From Perna viridis (taxonomy: Eukaryota): DNA of 64,000 nt. Location of the stretch: NCBI GenBank assembly GCA_037379345.1, contig CM074514.1:34348001-34412000 (forward strand), in the 5' to 3' direction. The notes beneath the pieces are model-generated. The model ran no database searches and was not told the DNA's origin. It worked only from the letters and a program-made list of their open reading frames with translations. The position numbers and the translations under genes were made by a program. Positions 1 through 11,425 of the stretch are shown in pieces (positions within the stretch are counted from its first letter, which is position 1; every line of letters begins with the position of its first letter).

Positions 1-1227
1 CTCCATTTTTTTTTTTTAATGCTGTTGTTCTGATATATATGAAATAGTGACGGTTTGGGTCATCCTTGTGTAGAAACTGACCAAAAACAAAACAAAACAA
101 AAAGAGCAAATTATAGCCTGGAACCTTTTACTTTATCGGAATCATTGACTCCTTTTTGAAAATATTTGGATACAACTCTGAATGAAATGTGAAGACAGCT
201 CTTTCGATAGGTACTCAGCATCTCTTCTAATGATGATTTTTCTTTCTCGTATTGGTGATATTGTATAATCTCATAGGATTTCCTAGCTAAACATATTAAG
301 TGGCTTATCATGTGTCTTACATTTGTAAACACGCGAACGACTAACAACAGGTACTAATAAGAGGTTGGAGGTCTGCTATTTTTAGTTGCATCGCTGTCAA
401 TTGGAACCAAATTAATCAGCATATTTAGTTTAAAATAAAAGTTGTTTATTGGCGTAAATAACACGGAATTAAACTTGATATATTTTTTTTTATAATTGTA
501 AAAAGGACATGATTGTTTGCATTTAAACCTAAACGGAGTATGTCAATAAACTATTTTCATTCGGCGGTGTAAGGGGGTAGTTTCAGATGACAACTGGCTT
601 TACAAATCTACAGGCTTTGGCGACTACTATATAAATTGTGATCTTCGATCTAAATTGATAAAAAGACAATTTGTAGGCGCCTTATAATTCGAAATCTGTA
701 AAAGATATCTGAAATCTGGTTGAAAAACGCAGGCAAGAATTTCAATGAAGAATCCAATAATAAATTATATCAGACCAGAAATAAACAATCTATCAAGAAA
801 TCAGAAAAAAAAATGTTTCTGGCCTCTTCTTCTTCTTGTCTCAAGTTACAACCCAGTTTTCCTTTTGTGGTGTGGTACCTTGTAATACAGTTTCGAAAAG
901 ATTCATTTACAAATAGTCAAGTAATCGTCTGAACATCAGGGTAACGCCCTTTTTGTCCCCTAATTTCTGAAAAGTTCCTTTCAAGCCTTTACCCCAAAAA
1001 TCAATCCATGTCTGACCATTGTGGAACAATATCATAGATATTCTTATGTTTTATTTGAGTTATTTATCTATTTATTCATTTAGTTATTTCTTTCCATGAA
1101 AATCTTGTTTTGGGCCATCTAGAACAGTTGCACTTAATTTTTTTTGCAGTTGTATAAAAGTTTCATTTTTTTTGTATGGCCAAATTTCATATCTCTCTAT
1201 CTCAAAAACAGTAAAAGATAAGCCTAC

Positions 1228-1567
1228 CTATAAAAAAATAGTAAAAAAGTTATAACAGAACTTCAAAAGGAACTGATTGACATCTGAATCGTAAAAATCA
1301 AATTCAACATTGAATAAACTTTTCCTATCTAATGATAATACCCATTTCCCCCCCCCTCTAACCCATGATTTCAAAAGGGGCAGGCAAAGACCTCCAAAAA
1401 CTAAAAAGCACTCAGCCATGTCCCAAAGAATAATGTGTAGAAATTTCAAAAAGATCGGAAAAGTTGTACACAAGTTATCCTTAATAAACTAAAGTTAACA
1501 GATGACAAGGACAACAGGGTGATACTATTATTACATGACCGAAATTTTTATTGCAGTCATATAAAAA
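1228..1567 (-). mobile_element. Degenerate HINE fragment
   Basis: aaatttcaaaaagatcgg...caagttatc...gacaacagggtgatactatta..atgaccgaaatttttattgcagtcatataaaaa resembles a HINE terminus. Confidence 0.45.
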
Positions 1568-2075
1568 TAAACAGTAGCTACTGATATGAGGTCATCTATT
1601 TTAAATTAGATGGTTTTTTTTTTTGGGATTTAAACCCTAATTAATCAGCATATTTAGTTGAGAGTACATGTTGTTAACTGTGTTTGAATACTGGCTTAAA
1701 TAACCAGAATTTAAACTTGATATTTCAGAAATACCTGTAAAAGTGACCTTGGCATTCGAATTTGAACCTGAACAGGATATGCCAAAGGAAATATTTTCCT
1801 GTGGCAGTGTTAGAAAAAATGCTAATGCTAATAGGTTTTACAAATCTATAGGCTCAGGTGACTGTTATATCAATTCCTATCTTCAATCTAAATTAATAAA
1901 AAGACCAGATAAAACTTCTGTCGTGTTTTATTCACATAATACATTACATTTCTATGTACACTCACATCATGACTTGTTATTCTCTTTCATACAATTGCAC
2001 ATTAACATGATATAAGGTTTTAATTTCAATGTTATAGCACTTCAGATGACAATAAACAGTAAGAAAAGATAAACT

Positions 2076-2081
2076 TTTATT
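2076..2081 (-). terminator. Candidate distal polyadenylation signal for KDELR (another at 3598-3603)
   Basis: AATAAA on the minus strand downstream of the stop, followed by T/GT-rich sequence. The hexamer is common in AT-rich DNA, so support is weak. Confidence 0.3.
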
Positions 2082-4147
2082 AGCTTTGTCAATTTTTTAT
2101 CACCACTTTCAATTTTTAGTGACCAAAAAGAAACATGGTGAAAATGACAAAAATGAAGTATCATTGATTACTGGTTAACTTTATGTATGCAATTAAAAAG
2201 TTCAGAATGACTAGATTTTTTTCCAATGTAGAATTAGAGGCAAAAGAGAGATAACTCTGTCTCATGTGCAAGTTGTATTTAAATTTTGTTAAGGTGGAAA
2301 GCTAGATATTTCTTAACAAATCGCATCACGACTGGTAATGCATAATAATCCTTTTTTAAAATATTCAAAATAATCTACCTCAGTGGTTCTGGAGAACTGA
2401 TGGCTTGTACAATATGAAAAATTATGTATCAATTTTTTACATTTTCATGGTCTGTTGGATCTCCATAACAATTTCTTAATGAAGATTATTTTTCTGCAAG
2501 TCAGAAAAAAAGTTGACAATTAAACAAAAATTAAAATGAAACCCAAAATGGGTGCCAATAGAAAAAAAGACAATTTATAGTATAGCAATACATGCAAGCA
2601 CAAAATATTTTTCATTGAAAAAAAAAACACTCTTAACAAATACATATGAAACAATTATCACATAAAAACTTAATGTCGATATTTCAACAGGTTAAATCCA
2701 CTACTAACCATCAAAGTGCATCTTGTTTTACAGTCAAAAAACCATCACATTTTAAAATAGAAAATATTGCATTTTTTCTTACAAAGCTAGATCAAAACAA
2801 GTATTCAAATTTGTAAGATATATTTAAAAAAAAAATTGTTTTTGATAATCTATTTTTCCAGGAAGGCATGATAAAATGGAATCGTAAGAACTACAGAACA
2901 CAGTGAACTCAACATGACAATTTTAATAATAATGTTACACGACATCTTTGCCCCCTCATTATTTAAACCTGAATACACCACAAAAAGTTTAAATGTTTTT
3001 TCTCCTGGTATCCAGTTTCACACAAATATCACTCATCAAAATATGTACAATAGAAAAGTGATTAAAAATAAATAAAATTTGAATGCCAACATTGATCTCT
3101 AACCGTTTCAACTATTAAAAAACTTTCATCAATATAAACACTATTTAACAATTACATTCTAATGGTTTCTACAAAACCCAAATAGCTATATTGCAGTTTG
3201 GCAATAAAAAAACATATCAGTCATTCCAAAGACATATCAGACATTTGGAGCACTTGAAAAGTCAAATACAATTTAGTTTGGTCCAGTTAATGATGTAGAT
3301 CTGCAGGACAAAGAGTCCAGTAAGCATTAGAAAATGATTACATGTAACATTTATAGCCAAATGTCCTGTGAAAATTATCTTATGACTGGTGCAGTCATGG
3401 CATTAACTGAACCAAATATCTAACAATGGCCAGAAGACCTTAGTTATGACTGATATACTATTCCTTCAGTTTGCTTTACCTAGAAAGGATTTTAATTTGC
3501 ATTTCTGGTTTCCCATCTTGATCCTACATAGAAATCAACTCTTACTTTGTAAGTCTAAGCTTCATGAATTATATGAAACCCAAAAGAATCAATGACTTTT
3601 ATTTCATAAAAACATTGCTAGTTAAAGTGACCATTTACTTCTTATACACAAAGTTATGTATACTTCATTCTATAGAGTATTTTATGACACTACAGATGGT
3701 TTCAAGAAAATTAAAATTGAGACTTTCATCAAGTTCCTGAGCTTTTCCTCAAATCATTGAATTCAATCAAACAGATAAGTTGAAGAATGATTTCAGGTTT
3801 ACTCAATTTGTGATTTTCTATGAAAAGGGATCCTAAGTCATAATTCAATAAAAACATACCAACATAAAAAAAATCTTTTTAGGACAGAGAAAATCTGATG
3901 ATCAGACCATTTATATATACTTTTTCAATTCTTCAAACCTTAATATTTTCTTTCTTAAACATTGACACAACTAAGCAATGACAAATATACATGGATCTGG
4001 TGCCAAACCTAAATTTGAGACACAAAGCACCAAAATTATTCAATGTAACAAGCATGCAAATTATTTGTAACAGTTCCTAACTTCCCAAAAAATTTAAAAA
4101 ATAATAATTTGAATAATGGTCCATATTGTTTGACTGTATCTAAAGCT

Positions 4148-4182
4148 CTACGCTGGTAAAGATATCTTCTTCCCTTTGAGTA
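4148..4182 (-). CDS. KDELR: KDEL receptor, coding exon 4 of 4 (C-terminus and stop)
   Basis: Long pyrimidine tract + cag; (V)LKGKKISLPA-TAG; 35 nt. The four exons sum to 639 nt = 212 aa + stop, the canonical KDELR length. Confidence 0.95.
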
Positions 4183-4281
4183 CTGAAAAAAGAAAAACAG
4201 AAAACAATTTAACAAAGACAAAATATTCAATCTTCATATGACATTTCAAAAGGAGATAAAATGTACATAAATTCAACTAAC

Positions 4282-4708
4282 CAGAGATCTGAAAAGTTTA
4301 GTAATATACCTGGTGATTAACAGGGAAAAAGAGGTGGGTCTTTCTTTGACCAGAGATCTTTAAAGTTTAGTAATATACCTGGTAGTTAACAGGGAAAAAG
4401 AGGTGGGTCTTTCCTCGATCAGAGATCTGAAAAGTTTTTTGAGTAATATACCTGGTGGTTCACAGGGAAAAAGAGGTGGGTCTTTCTTTGATCAGAGATC
4501 TGAAAAGTTTTTTGAGTAATATACCTGGTAGTTCACAGGGAAAAAGAGGTGGGTCTATCTTTGATCAGAGATCTGAAAAGTTTAATGAGTAATATACCTG
4601 GTAGTTAACAGGGAAAAAGAGGTGGGTCTTTCTTTGATCAGAGATCTGAAAAGTTTAGTAATATACCTGGTAGTTAACAGGGAAAAAGAGGTGGGCCTTT
4701 CTTTGATC
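4282..4708. repeat. Six tandem copies of a 69-73-bp unit in KDELR intron 3
   Basis: cagagatct starts at 4282, 4351, 4420, 4493, 4566 and 4639. Confidence 0.95.
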
Positions 4709-6420
4709 AAATGGAAACCACTGAGGAAGTAATTAATTCATTAACTGGACAGTTGTCAAAAAGATTTCAACTACCTATCAAACTTGGATTAAAACATCTA
4801 TGAAATGAGAGAGAAAATCTCCTTTTGTAACTAGTACACTGAGCAGACTCACAACCATCTTCTTTCATGCACACATCAAATTTCATCCAAATCAATTCAT
4901 TTATTTAGGAACTGAGCCCACAAGGCTCATAAAAGATGGGAGACATGTTGATTACTACTAAGTAAATACTCTTAATTAAAAATCTTCTTTTTAGGGGGAT
5001 ATAAGGTTATTGAAATCTAGTAACAGCAAAATTTTCAAGTCCGAGGACAAAGTCCAGATCTGCAGAAACAATAACAGTAAATTCTTTCTCCAACAGTTTA
5101 ATGTATGTAACTGTTGCAACACACAGCTGGTCAAATAACTGTCAGTAAAATTAAATTTATCAGGCACAGATTCAATAGAAAAGGGACAGGTACAAGAAGT
5201 TCTCAGTACACCAGACTAGACGTGTAGTTGATTTGAGAGACTGTGCCATGTAGAAGATCAATAAAAGCTAAATCATGATGCCTCAAATTTATATGAATTA
5301 ATTGATTACAATGTCATGCAAGTGTTTTCTTTAATTATAAAATTTATCTTTCAAATGCTACTTATGATATAAATTTGTTAGTTTCTGTGTTATCTATAAT
5401 TGGTAGCATACATGTACTTTTTTTTTTAACAAATACATATACTATTTACTTTACTAAATTACTTTGCAATTTAAGTTAAATGAACTATCATATTAAGATA
5501 AAATGTTCACTATAATGCAATATTTTATGAATGATTTTTATTGGACAACATAAACTTCAGGGTGAATAAGCCAAGATTGGTGCTTTTTAATTTTCACACA
5601 TTTAAAAAAAGCAATATTTGTTAAAATTTCATTAACATTTACATGTATATATGCATCAGTCACATTAAAATGGACATAATTATTATTTTTTCTTTAACCA
5701 TGGTCAAAAATGAGTACTTTCTGGCTTCTATGAGGTTATAGGTTTTCCTTCAATTTAGCATGGCGCTGCACCATGCCTTCACCTTCTAGCGCCATGCTGT
5801 CCTCATCATAAATTTTACAATACGCCCCCAGATGGCCAAACTGAACTTTTAAGTTATAGGATTATCTTGATTATTTTTAATATATCTGCATGTCAACATA
5901 TACTCCAGTTGTGTTGGAAACCCATTTATGATACTTTTACAATACCATACTAGGGTAAAGGATGTTTTATAGCAGGTTGCCCTCATGTCAAGGTGGGTTG
6001 TCACCAATATTACCTTCTGTGAGGGTTGAGTGGCCTCAAAATACTTAATTGACCATGCCTTCACAAATTTATGGGGAATACAATACAGTGTTCTCTTTAT
6101 GAAAAATGTTCTGTCTAATCAAACAAAAAACAGTTCAAATATGTCATTAAATGTTCTTTGGCTCTTATCACAAGTGTAAGAATTACATATAAGGTGAGCT
6201 CAGGAAAAAAAATACACAAAAGTGATGTGATAGTAGCAATAAATGTCAAAATATCTAAGAACCAGGAAAAAAAGTCCATAAGGAGGGATTTCAGCATCTT
6301 TGGAACAGGTCAAAACTAAACACAAACCAGCAACCATCATGCAAGCTAAAAGGTTATACAACTTAACAAGAAACATTGACAGAAAGGTTTCGTGAAAGTA
6401 CGTACAATTTTCGGACTGTT

Positions 6421-6595
6421 TAGACCTCCAGCAAAGGGGCAGAGTCCTTGATAACAATCTTATCGCTAGTAAACAGCAAAGAGCCCTTTCCTGAAAATAT
6501 CACAATTTTCGTTAAAGTTTTTGGTTTGAAATGAAAATCTGTTTGTTTTAAAAGTTACTGATAATTTTAAAAGCTCCCCTTTGCTTGGAGTTCTA
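6421..6595. mobile_element. Small TIR element in KDELR intron 3
   Basis: tagacctccagcaaagggg / cccctttgcttggagttcta. Confidence 0.5.
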
Positions 6596-7181
6596 TCTGA
6601 AAGTTAGGTATTCTTATTAGTAGAACTGGATACCTCAACCGATTTTTTTTTTCACAAGCAAAAACTTTTTTCAAATAAACATGAGTATCAGGTATTCTAT
6701 AAAACCCTTTATGAGAAATATCATGGGATAACAATTTAAAACGTGCAGAAGATTATAACTATAGCTTATAGAAAGATATGCTATACAAGAACAAAGTTCC
6801 ATAGAGCCGTCTCTTTACAGGATTTTTTTCTCCTTAAAAACCCAATGGCATTTGAAGCTGCTTGATTCCTGAATACATGTTACAGAACAAAGGGTAAGTT
6901 GTGGTTCAATTCCCCCTCTTAACCTAATACTGGTGAGAAAAATGATAACCTTAAAATTTTGAAAGCACAGAACTACCCTAAATTTGAAAATATTGCTTTC
7001 ACTCAGCACCACAGTTCAATAAGTCTCATCTTAAACTAAGTCTAATTTAATCTAATTCAAACCAATTAGCAAAAAAACAAATAAGCTGTTCTGCAACTGT
7101 TTTGTAGAAGTGGCTATATTTGAGTGACTTGGTCTAGTATACTATCAAAAAGCATTAAAATAAACCAACAAAAATACCAAC

Positions 7182-7434
7182 CCTTTGTAATATATAAATA
7201 GAAGAAATCGCAATACAAAATTGTCTGTACTACACCAGCTACAACAGCGATAAGATCAAAGAATCCTTCAGCATAGTATCGGTAGATCCAATTCAAGAGA
7301 TACAGGGCTCGGTAAGACCCTAAGGCAAACAGGTAGTGGCTTGTGATGGTTTCGGCTTCTCCAGTCTTACTGACCATAAACAACTGAGGAAGAATGGCAA
7401 CTGACTCCAAGTAGATAGAAAATGTCCATAAAAT
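7182..7434 (-). CDS. KDELR: KDEL receptor, coding exon 3 of 4
   Basis: ttttgcag acceptor; [18 protein letters not shown]...[11 protein letters not shown]+G; GTTGGT donor; 253 nt; contains the LESVAILPQ signature. Confidence 0.97.
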
Positions 7435-8213
7435 CTGCAAAATAAACCTTGTTAATAAGCTCTAAAGACGGTGGAGTAAATGATCAATGCATAAAATCTG
7501 CAAGAAAGAAATATTCAAGTAAAAACCTCAATGAAGTACTTGGTCATTTACATTAAAGTTACTGACTGAATACCCTTACACTGACAAACTTACATTTTTA
7601 TAATTCTCTAAATCAATATCCGTTTTCAATATATATAAAAAATGCATTTAATAAGCAAGGTGCTCAATATCAACATTTTTTCAACTTAATTTATAGATTA
7701 CAGAATTTACATCAAGTCTTTGAAAGAAAAAGAGGCAACAGGTGTTAATAAAATAAGTTTCTTCCTCTTGTCTTAAATTCATTTTTTATTCCACAACAGG
7801 TTTTTATTGATTTTGTAAGAAGTCTACGTGTCTTCTGTTTTGGCTGGTTGTATTTGAGTTCAGATACTTTCAGACGAAGTGAAATTCTTTTGTTCCCATC
7901 ATATTTAATCAAATTTTCAGAGTTTAGCCAGAATCCATTTTTTACTCATTTTGGGCATAGAAAAAGGTAGTGTCCTTGAGTAAGACTGAATTTCAAATGT
8001 ATATTACTTTTAATATTTATTCTGTACCTACTGGAAAAAACTTTACTGCCTTTTCAAATCTCACGTTACTTACATGTAAGTGAAAAATTACAAATAAATA
8101 GTTTAATTTTTCTTCTAATAATGGACACATTTTCTTTCATATCAATACAATGATACTGAATATGTCTGTTCAAAGAATTTTTTACACTATCAAACATGCA
8201 TTGTAGTTATTAC

Positions 8214-8473
8214 CTCAAGGGGAGAGAACTCATGGTTGACAAGGAAAGCAAGACCTCCAACTGGAACAACTAGGAACTCAACACGAAATGTATCATGATT
8301 GCTATCATAGGTAGCCTTGAACTTAAAGTATATCAAATAAATGGTGAAATACATTGAAGCGATGAAAAAGACCTTCATACAGGTGTTGTACACAGAAATG
8401 AATGATGTGAAAAGATCTAGGTAGCGAGTAGTGAAGACTATGGCAAACAAAATCTGACTTTTCCCTGAAATAC
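8214..8473 (-). CDS. KDELR: KDEL receptor, coding exon 2 of 4
   Basis: ttttccatttcag acceptor; (G)[21 protein letters not shown]...NHEFSPLE; GTAATA donor; 260 nt, phase consistent with exon 1. Confidence 0.97.
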
Positions 8474-11171
8474 CTGAAATGGAAAAAAGAAAAAAAAACA
8501 TGTACACGATATGTATATTATTTATACACAATGATTATCTAACTTCAGAAGTTCTTACTATAAGACTAAGGTAAAGGTGTACAAAAATCTGGCCATGGTT
8601 TACATTATACTGTATAATACATATGTAAATATGTCAATGTATCAACAGATCTCTTTTTCCTGTAATTTCACTTTTTACCTCATATTTTTATCTAACATTT
8701 ATTTAAGTGTCAGCCCATATAAAATTCAGACACTACTCATGGTAGAGGTTATTCATTGTTTTCATACACATATTCTATATTTTTATGTAATGTTGGTGAT
8801 TTCCATATTCAGATCTGTATTGATTTAGAAAACCAAACATTTATCTCCCACTAAGATCAAACAAATCAAACCACATCAAGAAGGATAACTCTTGTAAAGT
8901 GCCAATTTTATAAAGAATCTATATAATTTGTATCCTGAAATTGCAAGAACCATATAACAAACTAAGACTAGTTATGTGGTCTTTAACTTAATGAATTAGA
9001 CATAAAAGAGAATTCCATGGGTTTATTAATTTTGGCATGCATGAATAACATCCTGTCCAATTTTAATACAGACTGCTACTTTAAGTGATATGCCAAAGGG
9101 CTTTGACCATTTCTTTTTTGGGTACACAAATTGTACATATACATATATACATTGTATGAATGTACATTTGTGTACTTTGATTAGCTGTCCCTCAAAGGAT
9201 TTTTATGATAGAACTTAACAGGTGTTGTATAAGATTTGCTTCAAATATCTTAGCTTCCTTAAATGAAAATTACAAACATAAGCCTTAAGGCAATTTACAA
9301 TGCATGGCATGAATACTAATTTTTATTACAAGAAAGTGTATTGGTGTGTAACCTAGTTTATTGGGGAAAAAATGAGAAAAGCCACAAATGATATTGTAAA
9401 GTAGTCTATGAAATAAAGAGTTTATATCCATAACATGAAAAGTTGTGTTTAAACAAGCAAAAATAACAAGGTGAAAAAAGTGGTCAATCATGAAGAGATC
9501 TGCCTTGTTAACCAATCTCTCTCTACAAATACATTGTACATGTACCTACCATAAATTTGTACACATTGGTGTACTCCCCATGCATGTAAGCATGTTAACA
9601 AGAACTTAACAACAATAAAAGACTGCAGTAAGCACTTATACATGTAATTGTTACATGTACACATACATTTTATAAATGGCTCACATGTATAATGCCAGAT
9701 TTAAATCAATTGCAAAAGACCAAACAAATTCATTGACTGTTGTTAAATGAGCAGACATCAATTGAATATTTACTTACAGTTAGTACATATATATATTTAA
9801 CATGTTAAAAGCTTGCAGGACAAACTCAACTTGTACTTGTCATATCTCTGTTATCAGTACATTTTATTCGATTTACTTGAATCAGCTGTGTGACAAAGAA
9901 ATACAAATTTCCAATTACATTTGGTTTGACACATCACTGACATACTTTCGAAAAGTGGAAAATACAAAAATTGCTCAAAACTGTGAATTCAATATAATGA
10001 AAGTATAAAGAATAATAACTGAAAATCTGTCCTCTCACAGTAGCAGTGACTCCAAATTGCAAATAATCAGATTACCAAGTGTACGATGTTCCTGGGTTGC
10101 TATTCGAATGGTCTTTTCCTACATTTCAAGTTGAACATTTTTCAAAAGGGGAAATCAATAATTTTCTGTGTACAGTAGTGACAAAAATGTAAAAGAGAAT
10201 GGCAGGAGAACAGAATCTGTATACAATCTCACAGTACATGAACTGCTATATTCCATAAACTTTACTTAAAGAGTAAAAGTTAGTGATGGTAGAAGAAATA
10301 CTTGCAGCATATGAGACTCATGTTTTTAAACTAGCCATTTAATTTTCTAAAAGTTATTGACATTGTTGCATCTTGATGTTTTAAAGCTACATGTACATGT
10401 ACACATGTAGGCTGTACTCAAATGTTTTATGCTAATATGCTCCAGAAGGGAGCAAAACAGAAGAAAAGTAAATAAAAAATGAAAGAAACGAATTTTGGGT
10501 CCAAAAGCATTTCAGTAAGATGGGAGAAAAGGGGTTTCTGGCACATGTATTTACACTACTAGTCCAGTGTCACAAAGTTCAAGTAAAATGTAAGTCAATA
10601 ATCATCATGAACTCCGAAGACAACATAATTAGGGTATAAACTTTTGTTTCTTCAGGAGTATTTCAGGTTTCACCAGGTCTCATAATTAACCAATATTTAG
10701 TAATGACCTGTTACGACAGGCCTAACTTGTGTGTTTGCCAAGTGGCATTCTATAAAAATGGTAGGTTTTGTCTGCACTATGCAGACAACTTGTACATAAT
10801 GTGTATATACAATTCACTGAAGCAACAAAGGACAAATTTATAAGCCTGTATTGCAGTGTCTTGAAACTCAAATGTGAAACAAAAGCAATACAAAACAAGC
10901 AGATAGTGTTGTTTTGCTTTATCTTCTTAATATTTGCAGGAACAGCTGACACGTTGCACGTGAAGTATCAAATTACATTACACAGTCGTTGCTACTTGGA
11001 ATTGAGAAATGCACGGAAAAGACTACAGTGATTGTAAAGTACAAATGAAAGTTTGACTGTTCAAAATTTTTGCAGTCCAACTGAGCAGTTGTTATTGTTT
11101 AAGCATGACGTTGCTTTAACCGGTGCCCGGCAACAAGTGACAGGCGTGTATTTATGAGATTACGAACTTAC

Positions 11172-11262
11172 CAGCGACTGAACGAGTCTTCCACATCTTC
11201 AAAAGCAATATCAAGATAGCCCCTAAATGGGACATGTCCCCAATAAGCCTGAAAATATTCAT
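11172..11262 (-). CDS. KDELR: KDEL receptor (ER lumen protein-retaining receptor), coding exon 1 of 4
   Basis: Manual translation of the reverse strand from ATG at 11262 gives MNIFRLIGDMSHLGAILILLLKMWKTRSVA+G, followed by a GTAAG donor; 91 nt; typical ERD2/KDELR N-terminus. Not in the ORF track. Confidence 0.97.
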
Positions 11263-11279
11263 GTTTGTCCGCTAACTTC

Positions 11280-11425
11280 GTCTTCCACGTTCAAAACTGA
11301 AATCTATGGCGGCTGCGGACGTGGCCTGCATTGACTTGTGGGAAATTTTTGACAACAAAGGGGAAGTAACTCAAAATTATTCATGGATTAGCTAAGTTAT
11401 GTCTAACACAACCTGAAACGTCACA
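11280..11425 (-). promoter_or_regulatory. KDELR 5' UTR / proximal promoter
   Basis: Locally CpG-rich patch just upstream of the ATG, with CCACGT (11285-11290), ATGGCGGC YY1-like (11306-11313), GACGTGGC (11318-11325) and ACGTCAC (11418-11424). Confidence 0.55.

Noticed and set aside
111-347. 78-aa minus-strand ORF at the window start
   Set aside because: No recognisable homology or convincing splice or start context.
4282-4708. Regularly spaced repeats (also 23985-24175, 49095-49907, 60496-60805) as CRISPR arrays
   Set aside because: Head-to-tail units without unique spacers, no cas genes, eukaryotic intronic context.
11306-11395. 29-codon plus-strand ORF MAAADVACID... divergent from KDELR
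   Set aside because: The ATGGCGGC start is explained by a YY1-like promoter motif; no recognisable product or downstream exon.
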